Assembly: GCF_006345805.1 (NCBI RefSeq)
Contig: NC_042997.1
Coordinates: 167,648,001 to 167,712,000, forward strand
DNA length: 64,000 nt
From: Octopus sinensis
Lineage: Eukaryota
Direction: 5' to 3'
In this document: piece after piece, positions 49,606-63,585 of the stretch
Position numbering within the stretch: position 1 is the first letter of the stretch
Layout of the letters: each line of letters begins with the position of its first letter
The notes under the pieces: model-generated
The model's database searches: none
Seen by the model: the letters and a program-made list of their open reading frames with translations, nothing else
What the model was told of the DNA's origin: nothing
Made by a program: the position numbers and the translations under genes

Positions 49606-50050
49606 CATCATCATCATCATCATTTAACGTCCGTTTTCCAAACTAGCATAGGTTGGATGGTTCGACCGGGGTCTGGTAAGCCATGGAGGCTGCACCAGGC
49701 TCCAGTCTGATTTGGCAGTGTTTCTACAGCTGGATGCTCTTCCTAACGCCAACCACTCCGTGAGTGTAGTGGGTATTTTCTATGTGCCACCGGCACAGGA
49801 GCCAGCGCAGGCTGGCAAACGGCCACGATCAGTTGGTGCTTTTACATGTCACCAACACGGACGCCAGTCAGGCGACGCTAGTAACTGCTACACTCGAATA
49901 GTGCTTTTATGTGTCACCAGCACTGGTGTCTTAACTACAATTACCATTCGAATTTTTGATGTTGACGAACTTGTCTCAACAGGTCTCCTCAAGAACAGCG
50001 GGTCACTCTACGATCCAAAGTTATCACAGCAGGCTATCCTGCGAGCATGA
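49606..50050 (-). mobile_element. RTE-associated 3' module copy in SLC41A intron
   Basis: (CAT)n, conserved body, 3 array units. Confidence 0.85.
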
Positions 50051-50814
50051 ACTCACTACATAAAAAATGGACATTAAATGACGACAACAACAATGATGAC
50101 TTTCTTGATGATCTTTCAAACTTTTCACATTGTGTGACAATGTGACTACTATGGACATAAAGATTCTAGACAAAATAATAAGCAACAACTGACTGGTTGG
50201 CATGAAATCACTGGCCAACACACACCATCATCTGCACACAGACATGCTTCTACTGCTATTACTGTGGCCTCTGCTCCTTGGAAATGGTTGATCCTGAACC
50301 ACTTTCACTCAGGCCCATCTGATTTAAAGCATTAAAAAAAAACACATTTACTAATCCCTGCTTTCTCTGTTAACTTATACCATCTGCAATATCTACTTGT
50401 AATTAGGTGAACCAATGAGAGAGCTTCTGTATGGTTACTTAGCTGCTAGAAATAGCAATCAAATCTTCAATTTACATTTTACCTTCTTAAAAAAAAGAGA
50501 AAAGACTTATCAAATAATGTAATCCAGGCTACAATATGCTGCCAGAAAAATAAGACATGCAATAGTCTTCAAGAAGAGAGCAACCAACGTTAAAAATCTT
50601 TTCTCCAACAATACATGTAATATCAAAATTTGTATCCTCATTCTATCAAAATGATTGTCATCCAAGCTAGCTGAGAAAAATGGATGTGAAACAGTAAAAT
50701 ATAAGTTATTAATATCGTCTTTGGTAACTTGCCATTTGCTTTGTCTTAATATTTTTCAATTAAAACATTAATACATAAACTTGCTGAAATGTTATGAAAC
50801 AGGATTTTTCACAT

Positions 50815-51035
50815 AAGAAGCACCCATGCCGATGCCATGTAAAATTCACCCATACTGGTGCCACCTAAAATCCACCCAGTACACTCTGTTTAGTGGTTGG
50901 CATTAGGAAGGGCATCCAGCCATAGAAACCATGCTAAATCAGACAATTAGAACCTGGTGCAGCTCTTCAACTGGTCAGCTCCTGTCAAATTGTCCAACCT
51001 ATGCCGGCATGGAAAACGGATGTTAAATGATGATA
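50815..51035 (+). mobile_element. Degenerate 3' module copy
   Basis: ggttggcattaggaagggcatccagcc...gcatggaaaacggatgttaaatgatgat. Confidence 0.7.
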
Positions 51036-52347
51036 AGATAACAGGCATTGTTTTGACTATACTGATAAGACCCATTTAAAAGTTAAAATCACTTTGTTTA
51101 CTTGTCAGACCTATACTTTCTCTCTATGGATTATAACTCCAAAATGATTGAGGCTCTATGTGGTTACTTGACTGTTAGAAATATCATCTAATTCTCCCTC
51201 AAACCACACTTTGCCATCTTAAAAAGGAATACATTTGATTATGAAATAGGTATGGTCATGGTTGAAGCATCCTTTGGTCACAGCTATGTCTTCTTCATAA
51301 GATTTCTCTTGTGGAACATTAACAAAAACAACTTCAAATTTATGAGATGAACTGTTATATAGAATACATATCAATTCATATACTTTAATCATTGTCATCA
51401 ACATTTCATATCTGCTTTTTTTTTTTTAACTTTTCTTTCCATGCTGGCGTAGATTGGATGGGTTGTAATGATTCAAATCAGTTCTTATTCAGACTTACTA
51501 CCATCCTAAACAGGTTGGAGAACCACATCTCACACATATATTTTTCCCCATTTTGGCTTGTATTCTATGGCTGGATATCAATTCCTATCACCAACCACTT
51601 TATTGTGTGCTGGAGGCATTTTATCTTGGCACCAGCACTAGCAAGGTTGTCAGTCATATCACATCCTTGACATGATAAATTCTGTAGTGCAGGTGCCATA
51701 ATGATAAGTTACATAATTTCACCTGCTTTATCTACAACACTGGATGATTTAACCTAGATATTAACTAATATATACATATTTTGATTGTACTGAATGAGAC
51801 CAGACTTGGTTGTTATTATTGATACTTATTGATTGGTGTAACTACATATCCTCTATAGGGAATTACAAGCACTTAATTATTTTAGAGCAGAACTAAGTAT
51901 ATATTAGAATGATATTAGATGTTATAAGACACCAATTTTAGAAAAAAGTGACAGGCCCTGTTTTTCTGTTTAATATCATTTTATATTGAAAAATCTTAGT
52001 AGTTAATTTCATAGTATTATTACTCATCACAAGCATTGAACTGAGGCGGGTGTCTTATGTTGACTATAAGCTGAAACAATATATAATATTTATATATGTA
52101 GTTGTTGTTAGCCCAGGTTAGCTCTGATTAAAGATATTCCACTCTTGACCATTCCATACCTGTTTTTATTGTATTTGTGGAACTACATTGTACAATGTCC
52201 CCTTTCCTAAGACAGTGGGGTGCGATTTGGAGAAAGTTTGCTTGTTATTTTTAGGAATTCAAGTGATTGTGAAGTTCTCACATTGGCTCATTATATATGT
52301 AATTATAACATATCTTGTTAGGATAAGTAACTGACTAATAACCTTTG

Positions 52348-52545
52348 TCATCATCATCATTTAACATAGCTTTTTCCATGCTGACGTGGTTTGGATATTT
52401 CAACAAGAACAGACACACTCGAGGGTTCTGCTAGGTTCTATGTCTACTTTGGCATGGTTTCTACAGCTGGATGCCCTTCCTGATGCCAACCACTTTTAGA
52501 GTGTACTGGTTGCTTTCTACATGGTAGCAGCACTGGTGAGGTCAT
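52348..52545 (-). mobile_element. Degenerate 3' module copy
   Basis: ctacagctggatgcccttcctgatgccaaccac. Confidence 0.65.
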
Positions 52546-53483
52546 CTAATACTTGAGTGGAGATCATCTAATACTGAGTGGAGTATAGAATGGAGGGATA
52601 AGAATCTAGGATAGAGGGACAGGAACAGGCTGCTTGCTGAAGAGGTGAAGTCATGGCTTGTCTACCAGGAAAGAGAGAGAAGTGAGGTCAAAGTACAAGG
52701 GGAATATGAGAGAGAGAATAGGATAGAGGAGCAGAAAAGGTGGATGTGTAAGGAAGTGCACTCAGTGAGAAAAGTGAAACAGATGGTTAAAGATAAGGAA
52801 TGTGTTGGATGCAGAGAGTATCAATTCAGCAAGAGGTAGTGAAGGAAAGAAATAGGATGACATAGAGGATTGATAGAGGAAGAGTGAGTGTTAGAAGATA
52901 AGTTGTTGAGGAAGGTGTGACAGAACTTCAGCTTGGCTGAGATGGACAGATCTTGTGAAGATAAAAATAGCAAAGAAATAAAAAAAGGATTGTCTACATT
53001 TCTTGTTGATACCTAAAGAGTGGGGGTGGCAGGTTTTGTTTCGAAATCTGTCATATGGTCATCTGACAAGCAATATTTACATGGTTAGAGTTTAGTCACT
53101 GGTCCCATTGTTTCCTGTCTCAGATTAATGTGTATAATGCTTAATATAAATGTATAGGAAATTCATGTACTCTTTGCAGTGTGTCGTATAATTTATAAGA
53201 AATTGTATTGAATTTGGGGAAGTTCAATACAATTGTGACTGGGTTGTAAAGTACATGATTAAAATAGTTCTTATATTAAAAATGCTGATACTTAATACCT
53301 CTCCGAGAAAGCTACTAGCTTTCACAGCTTCTAATACAATGTAATCGAGCCGCATAGAGCCTCAGTACAAACACTAACAAAAGCTATTGTCTACTCATAT
53401 ACAAATACATTCACATAAAATTCCAGTGACTCATTACACAGTCACAGACACACTGTCACATGTATGTATATGTAAATGGTGCT

Positions 53484-53528
<45 letters not shown>

Positions 53529-53739
53529 AGAGTTTACGAAAAAACAAAAGACGAAGACAGGTGGTGTGTGTATCATCATCATCATCATCATATATATATA
53601 TATCAAACACCAGCCCCTAGACACATGCATTAATGAAAGTATAAATGCTGGGTTTCTTTGTCTCCTTCACAATTGTACATGTGCAAATTTATGTAGCCAC
53701 GTAGACAAGCACTCAAGTACATTAAATTTTCTCTCATGT

Positions 53740-53813
53740 ATATGCATGTGTGTGTGTCACTGTGTATCAGTGTGTATCTGTATATATATATATATATATG
53801 TTTGTGTGTGTGG

Positions 53814-53860
<47 letters not shown>

Positions 53861-53862
53861 AT

Positions 53863-53919
<57 letters not shown>

Positions 53920-53997
53920 TATGTATATATATATGTTATATATTGTATATATATGTGTATATATATGTGTATATATATGTGTATATATATATATATG

Positions 53998-54041
<44 letters not shown>

Positions 54042-54222
54042 ATATATATGTGTATATATATATATGTGTATATATATATATATATAATATGTGTATATAT
54101 ATGTATATATCTATGTATATATATGTGTATATATATATGTATATATATGTGTATATATATATGTGTTATATATATATGTATATATATGTGTATATATATA
54201 TATATGTGTATATATATATGTG

Positions 54223-54268
<46 letters not shown>

Positions 54269-54294
54269 CATATATATATATGTATATATATATG

Positions 54295-54325
<31 letters not shown>
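53740..54325. repeat. Compound (TA)n/(TG) microsatellite
   Basis: Direct inspection. Confidence 0.97.
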
Positions 54326-55692
54326 GGAAAGCAACAGACGGCTGATCTCCAACCAACATGGGTTCCGTAATGGAAGGGACTGCCTAACGCAGCTCCTGCA
54401 TCACTTTGAGGACATTTTGAGAGCTTTGGGAGAGGGCTCCAACACCGATGTCATCTACCTTGATTTCAGTAAGGCCTTCGACAGGGTCGATCACAAGATC
54501 CTATTGAAAAAACTATCCAACATTGGTGTCTCTGGAAAGTTACTGAAATGGATTAAGTGTTTCCTGACAGACAGATCTCAACATTTGTAGTTGAAGGGGT
54601 AAAATCAAGCCAGCCAAAGTCAGTAGTGGCGTTCCGCAAGGCACTGTGCTGGGCCCACTTCTTTTCATCATTTACATTAATGACATTAATGACATCATCA
54701 AGCACAGCAACATAAAAATCTTTGCAGATGACTCCAAGCTACAGAAGGTCATAAATGAGGCGAGTGACCGGACATGCCTTCAGTCAGATCTACTGGCTGT
54801 TATCCATGGGCAGAAAAAAACAATATGCTGCTGAACGAGGATAAATTTGAGCTAATCCCTTTGGAAAAGACGATGCCCTGAAACTCCCATACTCCCTTCC
54901 TTCAGGTGAAACTCTCGCGGCGTCCAACAACATCAGAGACTTGGAGTAATTGTGGACAACAACGTAAGCTGGGCCACTCATATAAACACCAAAGTTGACA
55001 TGGCCCGCAGAATGTGTTCCTGGATTCTCAGAACTTTCCAGTCGAGAGATATCCACACCATTATCCTTCTCTTCTCCACTTTTGCCCGACCCCACCTTGA
55101 ATACTGTTGTCCACTGTGGTCTCCCCACACAATACAAGGTATCATAAAAGTTGAAGCACCTCAAAGGGCAATCACAAAAAAGATAGATGGCATGACAGGC
55201 CTCGACTATTGGGGTCGACTAGAAAAGCTAAAACTCTATTCTCTCCAACGTCGTCGTGAGCGCTACATCATCTGCATGATGTGGAAAATATTCCATCAGC
55301 ATTGCCCAAATGATGTTGGCATCACCTTTAGGTACATCCAAGGCTTGGGCCCCGTGCCATCCGCCCAAAACAAAAATCGCACTCTCATCTCATAACAACA
55401 ATACGGCACAATTATTTCACCTCAATTGGCCCCGCTCTCTTTAACATTACACCAAAACACATTAAAACAGAAACTGACCCTATAGGGTTCAAGAAGTCTT
55501 TGGACAGATTCCTCAAGAAATCCCGGATAAACCCCCTACACCCGGATATGTCTCTGTAAACAATAACTCTCTACTTGAGTGGGCCATAGTGCCCAAATTC
55601 TGACTTGAAAGACTTCACCAGGTGGTGCTATTAAGTTAGACATGGCCTGGGCCAATAATGGCCGAAACCTATCAAAGTATCAAGTATCAAAG
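54326..55692 (+). mobile_element. CR1-group LINE, 5'-truncated RT with frameshifts
   Basis: [77 protein letters not shown]; short tatcaa(a)g tandem tail. Confidence 0.93.
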
Positions 55693-55735
55693 TATATATA
55701 TGTATTACAATATATATATGTATATATATATATAC

Positions 55736-55781
<46 letters not shown>

Positions 55782-55890
55782 GTGTATATATATATATGTG
55801 TATATATATATGTGTATATGTATATATATGTGTATATATATATATATGTATATATATATGGTATATATATATATATGTATATATATATAC

Positions 55891-55922
<32 letters not shown>

Positions 55923-55983
55923 GTATATATATATATGTGTATATATATAATATGTGTATATATATATATGTGTATATGTATAT

Positions 55984-56021
<38 letters not shown>

Positions 56022-56230
56022 GTGTATATATATATATATATGTATATATATATGTGTATATATATATGTATATATTATATGTATATATATATATGTGTAT
56101 GTATGTATATGTATGTATATATATATATGTTATATATATATATATAAATATATATATATAAATATATATATATGTATATATATATATATACACACATACA
56201 TACACACACTCACACATACACACACACACA
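55693..56230. repeat. Compound (TA)n/(TG)/(CA) microsatellite
   Basis: Direct inspection. Confidence 0.97.
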
Positions 56231-56910
56231 TTTACAAGATAACTTTGTGTGATTAACCACATTATGCAGATTCCATGTTGTTTACTTTGATACACCGAGA
56301 GAGTGTAATTGCATGGCTAATCAATGGAGAATTATACATAAAGAAATGAGAGAAACATGCTGATTCATGTATTTATATATTTAGACCAGGCCTAGCTACT
56401 TTAATCACAGAAAGTCTTTGGAGGGCCGCTTATATACTGACAGAATTGAAAGCACTTTGCTTTCTTATTCTTTTATTACAATAATGAATGAATGATCGTT
56501 GATTCAACATGAAATATTACTGTTGCGAAAACAGTAGTATTTTTTTCTTTTTTACTTTTCATTACAATCTTTAATTTTTGATAAAAATTTTAAAATGTTT
56601 GTTTCAAGAAAGTATCAAGGGGGCCACAGGATGAAAGTCTGCAGGCTTCATGATGGCCAGCCCAGATTTAGACAATTCTCAACAGTAACGTTCTTTTAAC
56701 TTGGAGAGAATTTGAAGTAAATGAATATGAAGTTATTTTTCATTGCCCCTATATTACTATATTACAGCTCTACCAAAATCAGCTTTGTCTTTCACTTATA
56801 CATTTAGTAACGTCTTTGCTCTGGATAAAATTCTGTTGAGTAATTTGTAGCTTGTGTCAGTGTAAAAATATATTATTATTGTCAAAATAATAATGATAAT
56901 GATAATAATG

Positions 56911-57140
56911 TACCCCTGTAATTATAGGTGCATTAGGAACGATCCCTAAAGAATTGAACAGATGGATAGAAGAAATAGGCATAAAACCTAGTTTAGTACA
57001 ACTCCAGAAAAGAGTGTTATTAGTGACAGCTAGAATACTTAGGAGGGTTCTTAGCATCTAAGGTTATTTGTAGCTTGATGTTAAGAATTTTCCTTTTCCA
57101 ACAGTCTAATCTGTTGTGCATATATGCAATAATAATAATA
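56911..57140 (+). mobile_element. R4/Dong-clade LINE 3' end
   Basis: PVIIGALGTIPKELNRWIEEIG..QLQKRVLLVTARILRRVL*; sits within (AAT)n, the known Dong target and tail. Confidence 0.8.
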
Positions 57141-57159
57141 ACAATGATGATGATGATGA

Positions 57160-57368
57160 TTTCAAATTATGGCACAAGGCCAGCAACTTCAGAGGAAATA
57201 AGCTGATTATATCAACCTCAGTGTTCAACTGGTGTTTATTTCATTGACCCTGAAAGGATGAAAGGCAAAGCCAACCCTGGCACAGTTTGAACTTGGAACG
57301 TAAGGATGGATGAAATGCCACTAAACATTTTGCTTGGTGTGCTTATGATTCTGCTACCACACTGCCCT
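57160..57368 (-). mobile_element. Second SINE family copy, decayed
   Basis: gaccctgaaaggatgaaaggcaaagccaacc. Confidence 0.65.
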
Positions 57369-57793
57369 AATAATAATAATAATAATGCAGGTTGCCAAGG
57401 CACACTAGACAGAATGCATTAGAGAATTTTGTGTTTTAAGTTCAGATCATTCTGGAGTTGACTTCTTTTCATTCATTCCCTTAGTTTTATTTCTTTAGTC
57501 AGTAGGAAAAACAATGCCCATGAACTTTTTCAGGGCTTCTACAGCTGATGAGAGGGAAGTAGGAAGGTATTCCCAAACCAGAAACCTTGCATATGATACT
57601 TGAAACAGAGTGAACTCTGCTAAAGGTACCATGTGTGTACCAATAACAGTCCATAACAAGCGTCTACAGAATTCATTTGGTCTGTGTCCACTACCTTGCA
57701 AATGTGTAGCTTTTTTCTGATGTTTAGAACTTGTAAACATTAAAGCTAATAGATAAAATCCAAGACTAATAAGCTAAACTGCATGCTTTAGTG

Positions 57794-58035
57794 CAGTGGT
57801 TCTCAACTGGGGTTTATATGGTTCTTGGGGTTCCATATAAGATTTTGTTGTGAAAATTTATCTACAATAAACTGGTTTTATTTCAACTATACATAAAATA
57901 TTTCAACATTTTTTATGAAATTCCTAATAATATAAATAGGGGTGTTTAGAAACTGGATGGCTATGAAGGTCCCTACCTCTGAGTAAAATAAGAATCAAAG
58001 GGGTCTATAGGTAAGAAAATGGTTGAGAACCACTT
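57794..58035. mobile_element. hAT (Charlie-like) MITE
   Basis: TIRs cagtggttctcaac / gttgagaaccact; 8-bp TSD ctttagtg / ctctagtg. Confidence 0.8.
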
Positions 58036-59708
58036 CTCTAGTGTATCACTTAAGTAAAAACTCTGTCTGAAATCATTCTTGCAATAGACTATAAAATACT
58101 TGTTAACTGTTGAAGTACATGTTAATTGTTGTTGTTTAGTAGGTAAACTGTCAAATTCATTCAATGTTATAACTAAGATTAATATCTTTGAACTTGTCTC
58201 CTATTAAATGATGTAAAGGGAAATTCATCTATTAAATTAGATGGACGGATGGTGCAAATATATAGAGCCATGTTAGCTAGTTTATGATCTTATAAATATA
58301 CTGTTGAATCCCCAAAAAACTAACCCAAAAGAAGTCATTTGAACCTTGGAAGTAATAAAAATTTGAATTTTTTTTCAATATACTGATGTTTTCAGAGAAA
58401 GCTTAAAACAATTGGAATGTTCTAAAGTTACCAGTATTCCTTCTGGGCAAAGAAGTAGGTCAGCTGTAATGAACAAGAAATGAAACCTTATACTAAATAT
58501 CCATACATGTGTTATAATGTTGACAAAATAATCTAATTAGAGACTATTCACTTCTATGGGTACATTTAAAGTCTTAAATATATGTATAAAGGAAGTAAAA
58601 AATTATTCATATGCACATCATATTGCATGATAAAATATTATTTTCTCTTGAGATAAAAGTTAACAACATGGAATAATGAAAGTAAGCTTTTTGAAGTCGA
58701 AGTTTACTAGTATTATATCCAAATGGACATTCATGCAAATGGGTATACAGGGAAAAGTAGCCTCAATTCTAAATAAAATGCAGAACATTCGCAAATGATT
58801 GTGAATTTTCTTAGTTCAGAATTAAATACTGTATACAATCTATACAAAAAAACAAAAACACACATTTTTCTTTTAAAATAATCTTGCGATTAACTCGAGA
58901 CAAGATTTAGGTCTCATTTAATTTTTGTGTATTCAGAACAATCAAACACTCTACACAGCATTTATATATCAAGAGAAATATTCAGAACTAATTATTCAAT
59001 GCTGAATAAGTATATGAAAGAAATTATGTGGCATAGAAATTCACATCAAAATTATGTTCCACATATTTAGTCTCAAGGTTAAAATCATAAACTATCTAGA
59101 ATTACCGTATTTTTTTATGTATAATAGATACATACTTTCTGTCCAGATTTTTAGACTTTAAATTTTAGGAGCACATTTTATGTAAGAACAAAATTTTATT
59201 AATTTTTTCCCCCAACCAAATGATGCAGACATAGATGTATGGTTGAGAAGTTTGTTTTGTAACTACATAGGATGAGTTCCCTTGCATGACACTTTGGGTG
59301 AGTGTCTTCTGCAATAGCTTCGTGCCAACAAAAGCATTGTGAGTAGATTTGGGAGGCAGAAACAGGAAGAACTGACATCATGTAAAAGTTGTAAGTAGAT
59401 GACACTGTCATACAAGCAAGGAAATGATGACGACAATGAAATATGTTATCATATTTAAGGTGACACGAAGGAATTAAATGTTATTTATTGCCCAAACTAA
59501 TAGATGTGAGATTAAGAGTTAAGACTATTATAGTAATTTTTTTCATATATTTTCATTTTTTGCTTGTATTGGCACAAGGCCTGAAATTTGTGAGATTGGG
59601 TAGTCCAAAAAGATGAAAAGCAAATTCAGCTTTGGCAGAATTTGAAGTCAGAATGGAAAGCTGGAAGAAATGCCACTAAACATTTTTTCTAGCATATTCA
59701 GCACAACC

Positions 59709-60126
59709 TATTTCTTTACTACCCACAGGGGGTTAAACACAGAGGGGATAAACATGGACAGACAAACAGATTAAGTCGATTACATCAACCTCAGTGCGTA
59801 ACTGGTACTTAATTTATCGACCCTGAAAGGATGAAAGGCAAAGTCAACCTCGGCGGAATTTGAACTCAGAACGTAGCGTCAGACAAAATACCTATTTCTT
59901 TACTACCCACAAGGGGCTAAACACAGAGGGGACAAACATGGACAGACAAACGGATTAAGTCGATTACATAAACCTCAGTGCGTAACTGGTACTCAATTTA
60001 TCGACCCTGAAAGGATGAAAGGCAAACTCTACCTCGGCGGAATTTAAACTCAGAACGTAACAGCAGACGAAATACCGCTAAGCATTTCGCCCAGTGTGCT
60101 AACGTTTCTGCCAGCTCACTGCCTTA
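59709..60126 (-). mobile_element. Second SINE family, partial head-to-tail dimer
   Basis: ~184-bp body repeated; perfect 16-bp TSD catattcagcacaacc at 59693-59708 and 60127-60142. Confidence 0.9.
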
Positions 60127-60989
60127 CATATTCAGCACAACCAGCAGTTGTGTATCCTGTGGAATTTCTGTCAACCATTAGTATGGAAGACAAAAATATA
60201 ATACCTTCATGATCAAAAATACCATTTAAATTATTTTATATGCAAATTTAATTAATAAATCATTAATAAGGATAATACATGGATAGTATAAGGATAATAC
60301 AAAATCCAGCTGATGTAAATATAAAACCGGAAACAAAATAAAAGTGTCTGTTCCTGAAATACTTCAGTTATTATCATGAACTATTACTATATAGGTTTCT
60401 ACTGAAAGAATAAAAATATTTAAGTGGAAGTATTCACATTCTACATTATGTCTTTTATATCTTTCCATACTTATTGGCTTTTCATAGCAGATACACTTCT
60501 TAGTGTACACCAGTAAAGTTCAAAGGTTAATTTTGAATTTTCTTATTGTTTAGAGTATATGTGAACTTTTTCAATGTTTTGTAAACAGTAATATTAAATC
60601 AGTATATGAATGGCTTTTGTACATTATCTTCACTATCACTTTGATGCCTACTTTTTCCATGCTTGCTTGGGTCAGACAAAGCTCACTGAGGCAGATTTTC
60701 TAGAGCTCCCAGGTTTCTTGGATGGTTATTCATTGGAGTATAAAATAGGCTTGACTTTGCTGCTTAACTTGTGTGATTGAACAAGAACTGGTGCTTTCAA
60801 CATGCTGTGGTCATAAGCTATACATGACTAGCTTATGGCCATGTATCAGTCTGTCTGTCTATCTATCTGTGTGTATATATATTATCTGAAATGAACAGTA
60901 TTATATATTCATCACGGGTGATGTTATGAATCGGTTTCACGTAAGGAATATAATGGAGTGTTAAGTAACAATACATTAGGTAACCTTAC

Positions 60990-61575
60990 ACATCATGGGT
61001 TTCAAGTGATCACTAGTGATGGCAATGTTATGCCTCCATCTTTCCACACGGCCTCAGACTCAACAGAGAGGCCTACACCAAGTTCCTGGAGGAGGTAATG
61101 CTGCCCTGGGTCAAGAGGGTTGCTGCTGGAAGACCCAATGTCTGGCAATAGGGTTCTGCACCATGCCACACAAGCAGGAAACCCCGTCATGACTGTCAGA
61201 CAATTTCTGCAACCACATCACCCCTAATATCTTGCCACCTAAATCCCCAGACTGCAACCCCATAGGTTATTATGTGTGGGGCACAGTTGAGCAAGAGGCC
61301 AACAAAATTCCTTGTAATGCCCAAGATGAACTAAAGGCAAGGATTATGGCAGCATTCACCATCTTAAACAAGGAGACCATCCAGAAGAGTTGCAGGAGGT
61401 TCCGGAGTTGTCTGAAGGCCATGGTTGAAGCCAGTGACGATTTTATTGAATAAATTTACTCTTTAGTATTTCAAGATATCTCAATGTAATTAATTTTCGT
61501 AAATATATCTTAAAATGAAATGTCTGTGTTATTTTCGCTTTTGCATAATTTAGATGACAATTTATTCACCACACC
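60990..61575 (+). mobile_element. Tc1/mariner DD37D (maT)-like transposase 3' remnant
   Basis: GSAPCHTS; PPKSPDCNPIGYYVWGTVE..DELKARI..CRRFRSCLKAMVEA. Confidence 0.85.
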
Positions 61576-62519
61576 TTTATGTATGTTTGTATTAAAAAAC
61601 TTATTCCCATCTCTTTTTATTTTTCAATACTGTATCTTCTACTCCTATCTCTCTCCCTCTTTCGCAGGACTGTTGTTATCTCCAGTATCACTCCCTTATA
61701 ATAAGCATATATCTCCTTGGTATCTCATTCTCCTTCCTACAGAGACTTTCATTCTGCTTCCAATTTTCTCTCCTCATCTCTATCTCCCTTATGTTATTTA
61801 TGTTACAATCAGATCCAGAAAAACTCTCAAACTACTCTCCATCTTTCACTTTTTTTTTTTTTACCTATTCTCCTTCCCCTGCTATACAACTACTTACATT
61901 TTTCTCTCTTTTGATCCTCTATTCCTCTTCTTCACTGTCTTTTTTTCTCTTTCACTCTCTTTCTCTATTCTCTCATAGCGCTTTTATTCTTTCTTGCTTA
62001 TATACAATGTTTTGTTCAACAGTAATATTTGTTTATATATCTAAATGTTAGAATATTAATTTTTATAAACCTTGTTTTGAACTAATTTTGTTATTCTACC
62101 AATTTGCAAGTTTTTGGTTTGTTTAAATAATGATGTAATGTTGATTTGAGAATGTATTAACCTGAACCTTGGAGTAATCTACAAGCCTTTATTCTTTTAC
62201 AGTTAATATTATAATTAGCCTTACATCATGTATTGAGTACTTTTTCATTGTGTTTTGATAAACACACACACACACACAAGACAAGGGATTATATAGAAAA
62301 CCTAAATTTTTCACTGAGAGTTATGCTGTTGCTTTCTAGAAGTAGCAGTTAAATCTCCTTCAGATAATACCTACTGTGTTAAAAAAGAAAAGGGCACATT
62401 AAATAATTTGTCCTATGTATCACTAAAAAGGAGAGATGGTCAAAGTTGGAATGCCTTTTAATTATAGACCTGCTCATTCAGGGTTTTCTTGAGCTTAAAT
62501 AACAACTACAACAACCACA

Positions 62520-62811
62520 CACACAGGAGGTAAAATAAACAAAGTCAAACTTACAGAAATATACTCAGACTGTTTATATTTGGCAAACATAAAATAAAAC
62601 AATATTTATGTACAAACAATACATTAGATCCCTTGTGAATCATGCTAGCCTTGCTTGGGTCTCCTTAATCTTTGTACAGAAAATCCAAAAAGACAACAAG
62701 GTATACAAAATAATGCCATTCACAACCTCACAGGTTATATATAAACTCCCAAAGACCACCTACTCAACTAAACAAAAATTACAATATATAAAGGACCACT
62801 TTGACAAGTGA
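62520..62811 (+). mobile_element. Decayed LINE RT C-terminal fragment
   Basis: MYKQYIRSLVNHASLAW resembles the LYKxxIRPxLxYAxxxW motif. Confidence 0.45.
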
Positions 62812-63477
62812 GGGGCCCAGTCTGTGTCTGCAGCAAGTTGCAACCACCTCTACAGTTTCTGCCACTAAGTTGATAATCACTGACAAATACTCCAGAACAC
62901 TATATCTTGCACTCAGTCAAAATACTCAGCTATAACATTAATAGCTTCATTTGACCTGAACACCATGTTAAGATTGCATACAAGTGATTGTAAGTGCAAA
63001 GTAACAATACCTGTTGAATTTTGTCCAAGTCCATCTTGCCTACTTCTGCTGCGGCCATCACTAACATTTACAGGCGTATCAACCAACAAAAGTGTCTCTA
63101 CATGATCACTTGATTTACTAGAAATAGCAGCCTAATATATCTCAGTTCACACTGAACCATCATAGACAAGGAAGACACATGATGAACCTCCGTACGTCTC
63201 TGAATGTGCTCGAAATATCAGATCTTCTGCAAACCACATGTTATCATCTTCAAGAAAGAACATATTATGCATTGTTGCATTAATCTGTAAATCACACTTA
63301 GTTGTTGTAGTTAGAGTACTTACATGCAATGGGTCTGCTCTCTTACAGCTAACCAGGGGTTACATAACAAGTTTTTGCATTATAGAACTTGCTTTATGAT
63401 TTGGTAAAAATAAAGTCAGAAATTAACTCTTTAAAATATTTTTTGGTAATTATTATTTTATTTTTATACTTTTCCAG

Positions 63478-63585
63478 CATTGGAATGTATTCCAGCAAGT
63501 TCCTGAAGTATTCATTCTTGTACCAGCTTTGTTAGGTTTGAAAGGCAACCTTGAAATGACCTTAGCATCTCGGCTTTCTACACAG
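63478..63585 (+). CDS. SLC41A1: SLC41A next coding exon (108 nt), [36 protein letters not shown]
   Basis: Acceptor tatacttttccag|CAT, donor CAG|GTAAGA; carries the SLC41/MgtE P-x6-GN motif (PALLGLKGN); in phase with the previous exon across a 14.3-kb intron; not in the ORF track. Confidence 0.96.

Noticed and set aside
53566-56295. Long Y/I/C/M/V-rich ORFs
   Set aside because: Translations of (TA)n/(TG)n microsatellites; only the RT part from 54326 is real.
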